A stretch of DNA of 64,000 nt from Rhodospirillales bacterium (GCA_038143065.1 JAYQLI010000035.1:2208894-2272893), one strand, 5' to 3'. Shown: positions 30,736-44,803, counted from the stretch's first letter. Numbers and translations are program-made. The notes: a model not told the origin generated them from the letters alone.

Positions 30736-32269
30736 ATGAAAAATTTGGGATGAAATAGTTATAGGGGCAGGTTCTACAGGAGCCGTCATTGCCAGTCGAT
30801 TGGCTGAAGATAGTCATAGACAAGTGCTTCTCATAGAAGCTGGGCCAGACTATTCCAGCACTGAAAGCACTCCCTCTTCTATATTGAGTGCAAAAAAACC
30901 AGCTCTAGACCATGATTGGGGCTTTGACGCAGAGATGACGCCTGGCAGGAGGTTTGGTTATGCCCGTGGGCGGGTCGTAGGTGGATCATCAGCCGTTAAT
31001 GCCTGCCTTGCTTTGCGAGGCATTCCTTCTGACTATGATGAATGGCGTGAATTCGGTCTTGAAGATTGGTCTTGGACTGATGTGCTGCCTGTTTTCCGCT
31101 CAATTGAAAATGACATAGACGTCTCAAATGAATATCATGGCCAGGGAGGCTCTATAGAGGTTCGTAGGCATCAGCTACAAAACCTTACGCCTGGCCAAGC
31201 TGCTTTTTATTCAACATGTCTGGACTTAGGCTTTCCTGAAGCAGCTGATCACAACAATCCAGAGTCTACCGGTGTTGGGACAGGGCCTTGGAATATAGAC
31301 GAAAATGGTAGGCGTATTTCCACTGCAATGGCTTATCTAGAAAGAGTAAGGAGCCGAAAAAATTTAAAAATCTTAGGTGATTATCTTGTCGATAAGCTTG
31401 TGATCAAAAATGGTAGAGCAGTCGGTGTTGAGATTCTTGGGCCTGAGGGTCGGGTGCGGATTGATGGAAGACGTATAAGTGTATGTGCTGGTGCTATTGG
31501 TACCCCAGCGATACTAATGCGCTCTGGTATTGGCGATCCGGCAGAATTAAAACGCCATGGTATAACTCCAATTGTAGATCGCCGCGGCGTTGGCTGTAAC
31601 TTAATTGATCATGCGCGTGTTGGAGTTGGGTGGCGAGGGATGCCTGGTTTTGTCAGAAAAGACTCCCCATATCTAGAAGCTCTCCTCAGATATACCTCGA
31701 CTGCTTCTACTCATGTGAACGATATGCAAATGATGTTGTTTCAGATGTTACCTGAACCTTCATTAAGCATCAGAACTCAATTGATGAAGCCTTTATCCCG
31801 AGGACGTCTCTATTTGAACGGGTCTGATCCGTTGACTCAGCCAGATATTCGCCTGGACTTGATTGTGGATCCCGAAGATATGAGGCGAATAATAGATGGA
31901 CTCCAGCTTGTCGCCCGTTTTGTTACGAATCCACGGATTGCTCAAATTGGAGCAACGGAACTTATTTTGGATGATTCGTCCGATATGGATGCGATGACAT
32001 TTGCACGCCAAGTTCAGGATATCGATTGGACTACAGATTATGTAAAGAGGTCAGTGCGTCACTACGTACATCCAGTTGGAACAGCCCGCATGGGACGTCT
32101 AGATGACCCGGATGCGGTTGTGGATCACCATGGAAGATTGATTGGTCTTCTAGGTCTTCGTGTGGCAGATGCGTCTATTATGCCCACGATCCCAAGTGCT
32201 AACACTAATCTAAGCTGCATCATGATTGGTGAACGGATTGTGCAGTGGATGCGGAGAGAAGAAAATTAG
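30736..32269 (+). CDS. GMC oxidoreductase (choline dehydrogenase-like); indel just after the start
   Basis: WDEIVIGAGSTG upstream of the called ORF, RGRVVGGSSAVN, HPVGTARMG, VADASIMP, NTNL. Confidence 0.88.
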
Positions 32270-32346
32270 TTTGGATAATAGCTAAAAGGCTCCACCTGTT
32301 CCGGCTGAAATTTGGCTCCTGTTAAATGGGAAGATTGATTGGCCTT

Positions 32347-33591
32347 CTAGCGATAACGATCAATCCTGAAAGGTTGCAGATCAATTGTTGCATTTCGACG
32401 ACTGACTAAGCTTGCAATATGTGCTCCTGTGACCGCACTGCCTGTTAATCCCAAATGCCCATGGCCAAAGGCGTAGAATACTTTTTCGTGGACTTTAGAC
32501 GAAGATATAACAGGCAAACTATCTGGGGTGGCTGGTCGTTGCCCCATCCACCGTTTTGCATCTGATACATCGACATCACGGAAAACGGTCTTTGCATGCT
32601 CTAGCAATTTAACAGCACGCCCCCAATTAGGTGGAGCTTCCAGGCCTGCAAACTCAACTGTGCCGGCGAGGCGAAGTCCTTCCTCCATTGTCGTAGTCAT
32701 GAACTTCCGTTCATTGAAGCTGACGGGACGACGAGTGGTAAAGCCTGGTGAAGGAAGCATCATGTGATAGCCACGTTCACTCTCCAGCGGGAATGGCTCA
32801 CCAAGTTGTTTTGATAATTCGCTAGACCAGGCGCCTGCGGCGATAACCAGACGATCAAGTTTGAACTCCCTGGCGCTTGTCCGGATCTTTGTTGGGCCCT
32901 CTGGACCAATTTCAAAACCAAGCACTTTGCATTTAACAAACTCGCAACCCATGCGACTTGCCTGTTTTGCATAGGCCTCAGTTAACGCACCAGGATTGAC
33001 CGTATGCCCACTGTTAGGAGCCCAAGTTGCATGCTTAAAAATGGGAGCAAGGCCAGGTTCAAGCTGAGAGATTTCATCAGGATTTAGTTCGTGAATCTCA
33101 TGACCATGCGATTGCATTCTAGCACGGGCTGCTGCATCGGCCTTAAAAGCGGCATCGGTCTCGTAAAGTGACAACCAACCCTGGCGTTTTATCAGGTGTT
33201 TAACATTGGCTAATTCAGCTAGTTCTTCATGCCCTTCAATAACATTTTTGTGGAGCGCTGCTAGGGCTTCACTTTGCAAAGCCACCTGCGTAGCAGCACC
33301 GTCTCGAATAAACTGCATAAACCATGGCATTGCTTTTGGTAGATAGCTCCAACGAATGGCCAGTGGACCAAGGGGATCAAGCAGCCATTTTGGTATTTGT
33401 TTGATGACCCCTGGGCCTGACATAGGGTTGATCGACTGAGGAGAAATGGCTCCTGCATTGCCATAAGAGGTTTGCGTTCCTGCTGGGTGCTCATCTATCA
33501 GACTGACCCGCCAGCCATCTTTGAGGAGGTGCAATGCACAAGAAACGCCTACTATGCCAGCACCAATAATTGTCACGTGGCCTTCGGTCAT
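32347..33591 (-). CDS. FAD-dependent D-amino acid dehydrogenase-like oxidoreductase
   Basis: GAGIVG, TSYGNAG, ERGYH, WMGQRPATPDSLP, FGHGHLGLT. Confidence 0.88.
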   Translation of the reverse strand: MTEGHVTIIGAGIVGVSCALHLLKDGWRVSLIDEHPAGTQTSYGNAGAISPQSINPMSGPGVIKQIPKWLLDPLGPLAIRWSYLPKAMPWFMQFIRDGAATQVALQSEALAALHKNVIEGHEELAELANVKHLIKRQGWLSLYETDAAFKADAAARARMQSHGHEIHELNPDEISQLEPGLAPIFKHATWAPNSGHTVNPGALTEAYAKQASRMGCEFVKCKVLGFEIGPEGPTKIRTSAREFKLDRLVIAAGAWSSELSKQLGEPFPLESERGYHMMLPSPGFTTRRPVSFNERKFMTTTMEEGLRLAGTVEFAGLEAPPNWGRAVKLLEHAKTVFRDVDVSDAKRWMGQRPATPDSLPVISSSKVHEKVFYAFGHGHLGLTGSAVTGAHIASLVSRRNATIDLQPFRIDRYR

Positions 33592-33609
33592 AAACCTCTC
33601 CAATTAATC

Positions 33610-34053
33610 TTAGCCATGATGGTATGGCCCTCCTTGGAGTATATCTTGGGTCCGATAGAGTTGTTCGGCGAGCATGGCACGCACCAGCATATGAGGCCAC
33701 GTCGCTTTGCCAAAAGCAAGAAGTAGGTCAGCAGAGTTACGGGTATCCTCAGATAACCCATATGCTCCACCAATGATGCATGTTAGGTCCCGTCCCTGAT
33801 CTCGCCAATGGCCAAAGCGACGGGCAAGCTCTATGCTTGTGAGGTCTTGGCCTCTTTCATCCAGGATTATCCGAACTGAACCAGCTGGAATTTTTTATTT
33901 ATTTGATTCCACTCTTCCTGCGCATTTTTATTTTTACGCGCATCAAAGGTAATGAGCTTTGGCTTTGGGCGTATTCGATTTAAATAACGCTCTACTAATT
34001 CGGCTTCCGCTTCGCCGCGTGCTTTTCCTATGGCGATAATTGTAATACGCGAC
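33610..34053 (-). CDS. rlmH: 23S rRNA (pseudouridine-1915-N3)-methyltransferase (frameshift near 33893; start codon damaged)
   Basis: RITIIAIGK, LDERG, IIGGAYG, TWPHMLVRAMLAEQLYR, PYH; follows rsfS; missed by the ORF track. Confidence 0.88.
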
Positions 34054-34494
34054 TTACTCTTCCTCTATGGAGACCTGAACATCGCCGTGATCAAACGGCA
34101 CCATGGAAGGAGGGGCTGAGGGGGTTTCAAGTCCCCACATGCTTTCCAATCTGTAATAAGCCCTTACCTCCGGGCGAAACAGATGTACTACCACATCCCC
34201 AGCATCGACTAAGACCCAGTCACCTTCAGGCAATCCCTCGATTGATGGTCCCTCTGACATTTGAGGTTTAAGGAGTTCTCGCAAATGCTCTGCGATGGCA
34301 GCTACCTGTCGTTGAGAACGTCCAGATGCAATTACCATGAAATCGCACATGGACGATTTCCCGGTCATATCAATCGTTATTATTTCCTCAGCCTTATCGT
34401 CGTCGAGTTTAGTGATTATTTGTTCAAGCAAGCGTCCATTAGGTGCTTGCTTTTCAGGCTTGGTATCAATGTTTGCTTCTATGGAATTACTCAA
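34054..34494 (-). CDS. rsfS: Ribosome silencing factor
   Basis: LDDDKAE, IASGRSQRQV, WVLVDAGDVVVHLFRPEVRAYYRLE; TTG start after GGAGG. Confidence 0.93.
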   Translation of the reverse strand: MSNSIEANIDTKPEKQAPNGRLLEQIITKLDDDKAEEIITIDMTGKSSMCDFMVIASGRSQRQVAAIAEHLRELLKPQMSEGPSIEGLPEGDWVLVDAGDVVVHLFRPEVRAYYRLESMWGLETPSAPPSMVPFDHGDVQVSIEEE

Positions 34495-35088
34495 TATCCC
34501 TTGGTTCCTCCAAAAGGTGTTTGTCGGCCTGCTCGGATCTCCGTAGCCGATGTAGGGTTCAAGCGCGACGCTATATAAATCCATGCAGGTGCTTTTCTAT
34601 CTGCAAGACCACGGGCTCTTTGGTCTCGCACCCTAGCGCTTCTAAAGCGAATTGCAGCTTTACTATGCATTGAATTCCAAGAATAGGCGGGCCGAGCGAT
34701 CACGGCAACGGGAATTGTTTTAAATATCGTATCCCATCGCTTCCACAGAGGGAGTTGCAGCATGTTATCTGCCCCCATTAGCCACACAAATTGCACGCGC
34801 GGGAAACGACGCTTGAGCTTTCTGAGGGTGACTGCTGTGTAATTGCTTCCAAAAGCACGCTCTAGATCAGTTACATGTATTGCGGGATGTTGGGCCGCAT
34901 ACTGGGCAGAAGCCATCCTTTGGTCGAATGGACTCATACCAGTTGTTGATTTAAGGGGTTTTGAGGTGACACCAGCCACCAAACTGCATCCAACCCAAGC
35001 CGCTTAAGTGCGATCTTTGATAGATGCAGATGGCCTGAGTGAGCAGGGTTGAACGAGCCGCCGAGGAGGCCAATCCTACCCCATTCAC
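34491..35088 (-). CDS. nadD: Nicotinate-nucleotide adenylyltransferase (frameshifted)
   Basis: [25 protein letters not shown](K), WLMGADN, SATEIR. Confidence 0.92.
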
Positions 35089-36379
35089 GGCCTGGTCTGA
35101 CCGTCGCCGGTAATGACATACTTAAAGCTCGTTAATTGGGCGGCACCAACAGGGCCACGGGCGTGAAACTTGTCAGTCGAAATACCAATTTCTGCACCAA
35201 ATCCAAATTCGCCACCATCGGCATATTGGGTTGAAGCATTAATGACAACGATGGCACTATCGATTTCTGCTTTGAATTTAGCTTGAACATTCTGGTCCTC
35301 AGTTACGATTGCATCGGTGTGCCCCGAACCATAAGAGGATATATGTTTGATTGCCTCTTCTATCCCGCTCACTACTCTAACCGAAATAATTGCATCTAAG
35401 TATTCTGTAATCCAATCTTCTTCTGATGCTGGGGTTCCTGTTGGCCAAATTATTTGGGTCTCTGGACAACCTCGAATTGCGAAACCCGCAGCTTCTAGAT
35501 CACCCAGAATATAGGGTAGCATGTTTCTAGCAACTGACTTATCTATGAGCAGGGTCTCTGCAGCACCACATACGCCAGTTCTTCGCATCTTGGCATTAAG
35601 TGTTATGGAGCGAGCCTTCTGGAGATCGGCGGCCCTATCCACATACACATGACACAATCCCTCCAAGTGCCCAATAACTGGCATTCGTGCCTCTGCAATG
35701 ACCCGCTCTACCAAGCTTCGACCACCACGAGGAACCATAATATCCACTTGGCCTCTGCCACGAAGCATCGCGCCTACGAAGGCTCTATCTTTAGTTGGTG
35801 CAGCCTGGATTGCATCTTTTGGTAAACCCACCTTTGAAATTCCGACGCGCAGTGCGTTTACAATAGCAGTCGACGAATTCGAGCTTTCAGATCCTCCACG
35901 TAGAATTGCACAATTCCCTGATTTAAGTGCCAGGCCTCCCGCATCTGCCGTCACATTTGGACGGCTTTCGTAAACGACGCCGATTACCCCAAGTGGGACG
36001 GAAATTTTTTGAATAATTAGACCATTTGGCCTGGTCCAGTCTGCCAACACGCGTCCAACTGGATCAGGTAATTCTGCGACTGCTTCAAGACCTTTCGCTA
36101 TGCCATCGAGACGAACATCATCAAGTTCAAGTCTATCAAGCATCGAGGGGGCAAGGTTGTTTCTTGCAGCCTCTTTCATGTCTTTTGTGTTTGCATCCAA
36201 GATACGGTCTGACTGTGCCCGAATTTCGGCTGCAGCAGCGATCAGAGCTTCAGTCTTGACCTCAGGCTTGGCGCGAGAAAGATCAGGAAATGCAGCGCGT
36301 GCTCGATTGGCAATTTCATTGAGCATCAGATCGGCAGCTTCTGGTGTAAGCAAATCCGATTTGTTTTGAGCGGTGGAGC

Positions 36380-36383
<4 letters not shown>
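35085..36383 (-). CDS. proA: Gamma-glutamyl phosphate reductase
   Basis: [40 protein letters not shown]. Confidence 0.97.
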
Positions 36384-38607
<2,224 letters not shown>

Positions 38608-38674
38608 TCATCAGGGTTGCCTGCGCCCCACCCATCACGACCGGTGGAACGCCAATCGGCGTTCCGCTTGATGC

Positions 38675-38962
38675 CTATTCGGCAGCGGCCGCCTGATCAG
38701 AGGAATTGGCTGCTGGATCTACGGAAACGTACGTCCGACCCCGAGCTTTTGTAGCAAAGCTTACATTTCCATCAATCAAAGCAAAGATCGTGTGGTCCTT
38801 GCCCATTCCCACATTGGAACCAGGGTGGAACTTAGTTCCGCGCTGCCGAATTATTATGTTACCGGGTTCGACAACTTCCCCGCCAAATTTTTTGACCCCG
38901 AGTCGGCGTCCGGCTGAATCGCGACCGTTACGTGAACTGCCGCCTGCTTTTTTATGAGCCAT
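38675..38962 (-). CDS. rpmA: 50S ribosomal protein L27
   Basis: [21 protein letters not shown]. Confidence 0.98.
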   Translation of the reverse strand: MAHKKAGGSSRNGRDSAGRRLGVKKFGGEVVEPGNIIIRQRGTKFHPGSNVGMGKDHTIFALIDGNVSFATKARGRTYVSVDPAANSSDQAAAAE

Positions 38963-38991
38963 GGTTGATTGCTCCTTAGCTTACGGTCAAA

Positions 38992-39303
38992 TTAGGCTGA
39001 GATGCCGGTTATACGGACGACACTCAGGTGCTGTCTGTGACCGTTCTTCCGTCTTGAATTTTGGCGACGGCGCTTCTTAAAGATGATGACTTTTTTATCA
39101 CGCATTTGCTCGACTAATTCAGCTTTAACCGTTGCTCCGTCGACCAAAGGTGCGCCAACTTTTGACTGCCCATCGCCGCCTACCATGAGAACCTCATTGA
39201 ATACGACTTCAGAACCAGCTTCAGCGTCAAGTTTTTCAATGCGGATTACATCATTCTCTGCGACGCGATATTGTTTGCCGCCCGTGCGGATGACTGCGAA
39301 CAT
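38992..39303 (-). CDS. rplU: 50S ribosomal protein L21
   Basis: [16 protein letters not shown]. Confidence 0.98.
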   Translation of the reverse strand: MFAVIRTGGKQYRVAENDVIRIEKLDAEAGSEVVFNEVLMVGGDGQSKVGAPLVDGATVKAELVEQMRDKKVIIFKKRRRQNSRRKNGHRQHLSVVRITGISA

Positions 39304-39372
39304 AGCTACTATCTCTCAAATGAAACCCGCCGCAGCAGGAAAAATATCCCGCACAGGCAGCGTGAAGGCGGA

Positions 39373-39400
39373 GTTATAGCGATCCCGAGTAAAACGTCAA
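39373..39400 (-). promoter_or_regulatory. Sigma70 promoter of rplU-rpmA
   Basis: TTGACG-16 nt-TATAAC on the minus strand, about 70 nt above the ATG. Confidence 0.6.
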
Positions 39401-39711
39401 CATTAGATGCTCGGAGAATTTGATCGTCGCTATATAAGAAATTCGTTTTGTAACTGCTTAGACTTACGGTGGTATTGGCCGGAGATCTGCCTGCATTGAT
39501 GGAAAGAGTTCTAATTGCTGTCTTCAAATTGTCTCGTCGCTGGTTCTCGTGAAGATTGATGGAAGTACTGTAGAAGGATTGTTCTGCAGTTAGTTTTAAT
39601 AAAATATCAAAGCTACAAGCGGGGTGTATCAGGGAAATGATTACTGGTCAGTAGCTTGACGTGGAACATACCTGAGGCGACGCTGTGCTTAAATTTTATA
39701 AGGTTTGCTTT

Positions 39712-40593
39712 ATGACGAATGCCGTATCTCCATTATTTGAGCCCGAATCTGTCGTAGCGCATGTGGCTAACCATGAGACGCGCTTTCCAGAAGTAAAAGC
39801 GGGGGCGAGTTTCGTTGATGAAATAATTGAGATTACGCCTGAATATCAAAAGGCGATGCTTCAATTCTCTGAGATTGACGAGTCCTTATATGCGGGTGAG
39901 GTTGATCCAGGACTTCTTGCAAGGAGGCCAATTAGCGTAATCGGATCGGCCCTTTTCAATGCTCACCCAGAGCGTGGTTATGTTCACACTGTGCAAACAT
40001 TTTCACGTTTGTTGCCTGTTCCCAAAGGCGAGCCAATTGCAATGACAGGAAAATTTACGAGTATTGATGATCATCCAAGAGGTTGGATTATGCATGGTCG
40101 CTTTGAATTTAGGCGTGCCGATGGTGAGCTGTGTCTTGTTGTATCTCCTTCTGCATTGATGGCTGATCCGGAGAGGAATACGACAGCTCCAGTCTCAAAA
40201 AATGCTCCAGAGTTAACTGTAGAAGAGAGACTCCAAGCTCTTTATGAAGCGGGTTGGTATACTGTGGGTGAGAAAACATGCACCCCAGAGAGAGTTGTTG
40301 GGTACTGCGGAAAAACACGTAATTTAATTCACACAGATCCTGCATATGCGCAAAGTTTTGGGTTTAGAGCTCCTATTACTGCCGGCAATCAGATGGTTGA
40401 GTGGCACCTTGAAGCAGTACGAAGAGCCCACATAGGTGAGGTTTTTGAAGGTTCGGTTCGACTACAACGACCAGTATTTTGGGATGACGAATTATCTGTA
40501 ATGCGCCGCGACGTAGGTAAAGCTATTGAATTTTCAGTGGTGAAATCTGACGGGCGGGTCGCTAACTCTAGTACTTTTAAGGCAATTTCCTGA
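39712..40593 (+). CDS. Double hot-dog (MaoC-like) dehydratase
   Basis: NLIHTDPAYAQSFGFRAPITAG hydratase-like motif; RPVFWDD. Confidence 0.7.
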   Translation: MTNAVSPLFEPESVVAHVANHETRFPEVKAGASFVDEIIEITPEYQKAMLQFSEIDESLYAGEVDPGLLARRPISVIGSALFNAHPERGYVHTVQTFSRLLPVPKGEPIAMTGKFTSIDDHPRGWIMHGRFEFRRADGELCLVVSPSALMADPERNTTAPVSKNAPELTVEERLQALYEAGWYTVGEKTCTPERVVGYCGKTRNLIHTDPAYAQSFGFRAPITAGNQMVEWHLEAVRRAHIGEVFEGSVRLQRPVFWDDELSVMRRDVGKAIEFSVVKSDGRVANSSTFKAIS

Positions 40594-40838
40594 TGGCTGA
40601 CAGTCGACTTTCAGAGGAACAGCAAAAAAAGATTGCGCTCGATTTATTTCTAGAAGCTTGGGATAAGTCTTGTGAGGCTGGAGTTGAGGCAGATTTGTTG
40701 TGTGAGGTAATGATTTATCTCTCAATTACGGACCTTGTGGCGTATAGGGGCGAAGAAACAGCCGCGAGTTTGTTTGAAAACTTGCCGGATCGAATTCGTG
40801 ATGGCGAATTTAGTTTGGATGATGATGACGATGTTTGA
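40593..40838 (+). CDS. Small acidic conserved hypothetical protein
   Basis: Overlaps both neighbours; EAW...GV...LV..GEE...LP.RI..GEF pattern recalled from alphaproteobacterial hypotheticals. Confidence 0.7.
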   Translation: MADSRLSEEQQKKIALDLFLEAWDKSCEAGVEADLLCEVMIYLSITDLVAYRGEETAASLFENLPDRIRDGEFSLDDDDDV

Positions 40839-41897
40839 GCAAATAGGCCTTCATGCTCTGCGTCTCTTAGATCCTGAGAAGGCTCATGGAATTGCGCTTA
40901 AAACCCTGAAATTGGGCATGGCAGGTTCCTACGATGCTTCTGATCATTCATGTTTGGCGACAAATGTATTTGATCGCAATTTTAAAAATCCTATCGGTAT
41001 TGCAGCTGGATTTGATAAGCATTGTGAGGCTCTCCCTGAAACGCTGGCTTTAGGCCCTGGCTTCACTGAAATTGGAGGAGTCGCTCCAAAACCCCAAGCA
41101 GGTAATCCAAAACCACGCCTTTTCCGGTTAACGGAGGACCAGGCGGTTATCAATCGTTTTGGCTTTAATTCATTAGGTCATGAAGTTGTGGCTTCCCGTC
41201 TGGAGGCAGATCGAAAAGCTGGTGTGAGAGGAATAGTTGGGGTCAACTTGGCAATCAATAAGACCACAGAAGACCCGGCTGAAGATTATGCCGAGGGTAT
41301 TAGAGTCTTTGGTGCCTTTGCTGATTTTCTGACGATTAATATTTCTTCCCCAAACACTGCAGGTCTTAGAGACTTGCAAGGTGAAGCGGCCCTAGCGTCT
41401 CTTTTAGATCATTCGACTAAGGCACACGCGGCTCTTGATGTCCCAAAAAAACCAGCCCTCTTGGTTAAGGTTGCGCCAGATTTAGATGATTCAGAAATTT
41501 CCGCTATTTCCGACTTGGCAGTTTCATTTCAAGCTAATGGATTAGCAGGTCTTGTAGTATCAAATACTACTATCGCTCGACCTTCCCATTTAAAAAGCCC
41601 TCTTTCAGCTGAGACCGGGGTCTTTCTGGGGCACCATTATTCGAGACTTCAACCTCAGTCCTTAGGTCGTTTGCTCGGCGTTTGGATGGACGCCTACCTA
41701 TTATAGGAGTCGGTGGAGTAACCTCGGGTGAGCATGCCTATCTCAAAATCAAGGCCGGTGCATCCCTAGTGCAACTTTACTCTGCTTTGGTTTATCAAGG
41801 TCCGTCTTTGATTTCACGTATTAAGCAAGAATTAGCCGATTTGCTTCGGCGGGATGGTATTGTCCATGTCTCGGATGCAATTGGCCGTGACCTGTAA
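40831..41897 (+). CDS. pyrD: Quinone-dependent dihydroorotate dehydrogenase (frameshift near 41618)
   Basis: [50 protein letters not shown]. Confidence 0.95.
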
Positions 41898-41958
41898 GTG
41901 GAGGGAGGCAGAGGTTTTTGGGTAATTCTATTCAGAGCCTATAAAATCTCACTGTCAA

Positions 41959-42836
41959 TTAAGCCTCAACAAAAGCAATGACGCCGCCGACTGCTGCTTT
42001 ACCAATGGCCGCAAGGCCTCCCTCAGGAATTTTTGATAATTGAACGTGGTTCGCTGAGGCTATCCGGTCAACGACAGCCAAGTCCTTTACTGTGACAACT
42101 GCTGCTGAAATTGATGGGCGGCTCGGGGCCTGAGCTCCCGGGAAGCGTGCAGCAAATTCCGATGGCTCTAAAATTGTTACTTTCCCATCCCCTGGAGTAG
42201 TAAATGTCTTTGAGTTTTGAGGTTGATTGAGCATCAGGGACACTCGTTCTGATGTTTGGAGTGCATCAGGTGAAGTGAAGACTGCTTCTACAAGAGCCGT
42301 TGCGCCATTTGGATGATCCAACAATTCACGTTGCCAAAGGGCTTCAGGAGTTTGATGTTCGATTATGATAATCCGACCTTCTGGCCAAAAATCATCTTGG
42401 CTGAAGATATTCCGGAATCGCATCTCGATTTCGCCAGCGTTTTTATGAAGTCCAATTGGTGCCATCCGACTTCGTTGAACTGGCGGGTCAAAACCTGGAA
42501 TGCGAGATCTCAGTAATGGATAGGCAGAATCTGCTTCTGCCACGCGGAAGGCAGCGATGTGTGGTCTCGCACTCTCTCTAGATACGTTTTCCATGGATTG
42601 AAGCGTTCTTCATCCACGACGCCAATAAGCTCGAGATATCCAGCTCGGAAGAGCGCACACCGATTGGCTGTGCCCCATAGCTCTAAATCGCCATTAGGTC
42701 CAGTAAACCCCATTTGAGGACTAACTCTTGATAGACGAAAGCCTAGCTTCTCCCACGCAATCGCACTGGAATTGAGATCATCTGCAATCCATCCGAGATG
42801 ATCTAGGGAAGGGGAGTCATTTAAAAGTTTTTGCAT
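41959..42836 (-). CDS. VOC/glyoxalase-like protein (frameshift near 42575)
   Basis: LDHLG, GTANR, YLELIG, HQTPE..WQ, HPNGA. Confidence 0.8.
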
Positions 42837-42881
42837 AGGTAAACCGTAGCTGGCTAACACTGGAACCGCTATACCTGTTTT

Positions 42882-43952
42882 ATGATGTCCTTAAACTCAA
42901 ATTTGCGTGCATGGTTAATAACTGATGGCTTGCCTGGCAATGAAACGCAGATCCGTGGGTTGGAGTCTGCTCTCAAGCAATCAGGCGTAGATGTTGAATT
43001 GAAGGCACTTCGTGCCAATCACTGGCATATTCTTGGCGCAGCTCTTCTCGGATCCAGCGGTTTATCGATTGATCGGGCGCGTTCTGATGTTTTGCAGGAA
43101 CCTTGGCCGGATTTTGTGATTGGTTCTGGTCGTAGATCTGGTCCTTGGGTCCGGTTCGTGAAGCGTGTAAGTGAAGGCAAGACTAAGGCTGTTATGTTTG
43201 GGCAAAAGGGCGCAAACTATATGAACGGTCTAGATCTTGGTTTCGTCCTATCACATTGGAATTTTCCATTTCATAAAAGCCGCAAAATGATTGTGTTGCC
43301 ACCGACTGGTGTAACAAAAGAACGATTAGAGACGGCCTCAGCGCAGATGCCTGGATTACTGGACCCCAGTGTTGGTCCTTGGCTGTTATTGGTTGTTGGC
43401 GGCCGGTGTTTTGATTATTCATTTGGGCCAGAAGATGCCACGAGAGTTGCCTTGCAGGCTGTGAGACAAGCTGAGCGATTGGGAGGATCGCTTGCTATTA
43501 TAAGTAGCCGTCGGAGTGGTGTTGCTGTGGAACAGGCACTGATCACAGCTGCGCCGGAAGCCATTTTTTTCCCCGCATCAACACAGCCTAGTCCGCTCTA
43601 TGCGCTTTTTGCTCAGGCAGATGCTGCGATCATCACTGGAGATAGCGAAAGTATGATTGCTGAGGCCATAATGGCTGACATACCAACGTATATTACTTCT
43701 GTTAGTCCAAGAGGCAGTCTAAGGATGATAATTGAGAGGACTGCTGCGAAGGTTCACCTCTTGGGTAGCGTATTCGCTTGGGGGATAGAAAAGTTTTGGG
43801 AGGCTGGAATAATAATGCCACCTCGTAATTTAGATCAGATGACAGAAAATCTAGTAAAAGCGAAGTTTGCACATAGGTTTACTGGGTCTATTGACTTGGA
43901 AGCTAAACCCAAAACACCGAGTTTGGATTTTGTGAAGGGCTTAGTTAACTAG
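42882..43952 (+). CDS. ELM1 (DUF1022) family protein
   Basis: DG.PG..Q..GL, PWPD..IGSGRR, SSRRS, TGDSESMIAEA. Confidence 0.8.
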   Translation: MMSLNSNLRAWLITDGLPGNETQIRGLESALKQSGVDVELKALRANHWHILGAALLGSSGLSIDRARSDVLQEPWPDFVIGSGRRSGPWVRFVKRVSEGKTKAVMFGQKGANYMNGLDLGFVLSHWNFPFHKSRKMIVLPPTGVTKERLETASAQMPGLLDPSVGPWLLLVVGGRCFDYSFGPEDATRVALQAVRQAERLGGSLAIISSRRSGVAVEQALITAAPEAIFFPASTQPSPLYALFAQADAAIITGDSESMIAEAIMADIPTYITSVSPRGSLRMIIERTAAKVHLLGSVFAWGIEKFWEAGIIMPPRNLDQMTENLVKAKFAHRFTGSIDLEAKPKTPSLDFVKGLVN

Positions 43953-43954
43953 AG

Positions 43955-44803
43955 CTATGCCTCTACGACGATAAAAGTTCGAGTTTCAATGCTTTCTCTT
44001 GCTGGAGCTTCTGGGTCTTGGTTGGGTAATTGAAAAGCCCCATGAGGGGTGTAGACAGCGTTGCCATCTCGAATTGTGTCCCACCCTTTAATCAAAATAA
44101 TTTCATCACGAGACATCAATGGGGCGTAGTACCAGACATGCTCAGAACCGAAAGCTAGTTGATAAATTTCTCCAGTTCGATCTGGGAACCGCTGATCAGT
44201 CGCAATTAAGTCGGCAGCTGGGACGCTGTTAGACGCGGCAAGAGCTAGAGGGGCCCTGCGAACTGGCTCTGATGAAATTGAACGCCAGACATTCACTTGC
44301 AGTATGCGGGCGCCACGCGCAATTGCGGCATCATATGCTTCTTTGCCCATTGCATCTTTAGCACGCTGAGGCCCACTTTTATCGGTATAATCGCAGTGGA
44401 CGCGGGTTGCGGGCCCTCGAAGTCCATCTGGATTAGCTGCCCCAGTTGGGCTATCTGAACGGCGTGTGTGGTCAAAAATATGCACTTCAGAAGCGCCAAA
44501 TCTGTTTCTTAGTAAGTTGGTTATTTCTGAATTATACACATTCGTAATTGCTTGATCGTCATAGAAGTTCTCAAGTGTGCTGGAATGGTTCATTAACTCA
44601 AACCCTTCCCGGTCCACATTTGCTTCTATGTGGCGCATATCGTGAATAGCTACAGTGTGTTGTTCGGTTTTAAAGTGAACTTCGGGTGCGCCACCAGTGA
44701 GAGCCGAGCTCAGGAAATAAGGCTTTTCCGCTTGCCGCACTATGTAGGTCAGAGACCCCTCTGTTTTGCGGGAGTTACTAGGTTGCTGAGAGGTTGTAAG
44801 CAT
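43955..44803 (-). CDS. CmcJ/NvfI/AsaB-family oxidoreductase
   Basis: FDHTRR, VHCDYT, VNVWR, PLAL, TPHGAF, RESIETR. Confidence 0.82.
   Translation of the reverse strand: MLTTSQQPSNSRKTEGSLTYIVRQAEKPYFLSSALTGGAPEVHFKTEQHTVAIHDMRHIEANVDREGFELMNHSSTLENFYDDQAITNVYNSEITNLLRNRFGASEVHIFDHTRRSDSPTGAANPDGLRGPATRVHCDYTDKSGPQRAKDAMGKEAYDAAIARGARILQVNVWRSISSEPVRRAPLALAASNSVPAADLIATDQRFPDRTGEIYQLAFGSEHVWYYAPLMSRDEIILIKGWDTIRDGNAVYTPHGAFQLPNQDPEAPARESIETRTFIVVEA

Noticed and set aside
30725-30750. In-frame TGA at the GMC 5' end as Sec
   Set aside because: Better explained by ATG at 30736 plus a one-base indel in the A run.
38646-38665. Terminator between rpmA and obgE
   Set aside because: The 8-bp hairpin has no U tract; more likely an mRNA stability element.
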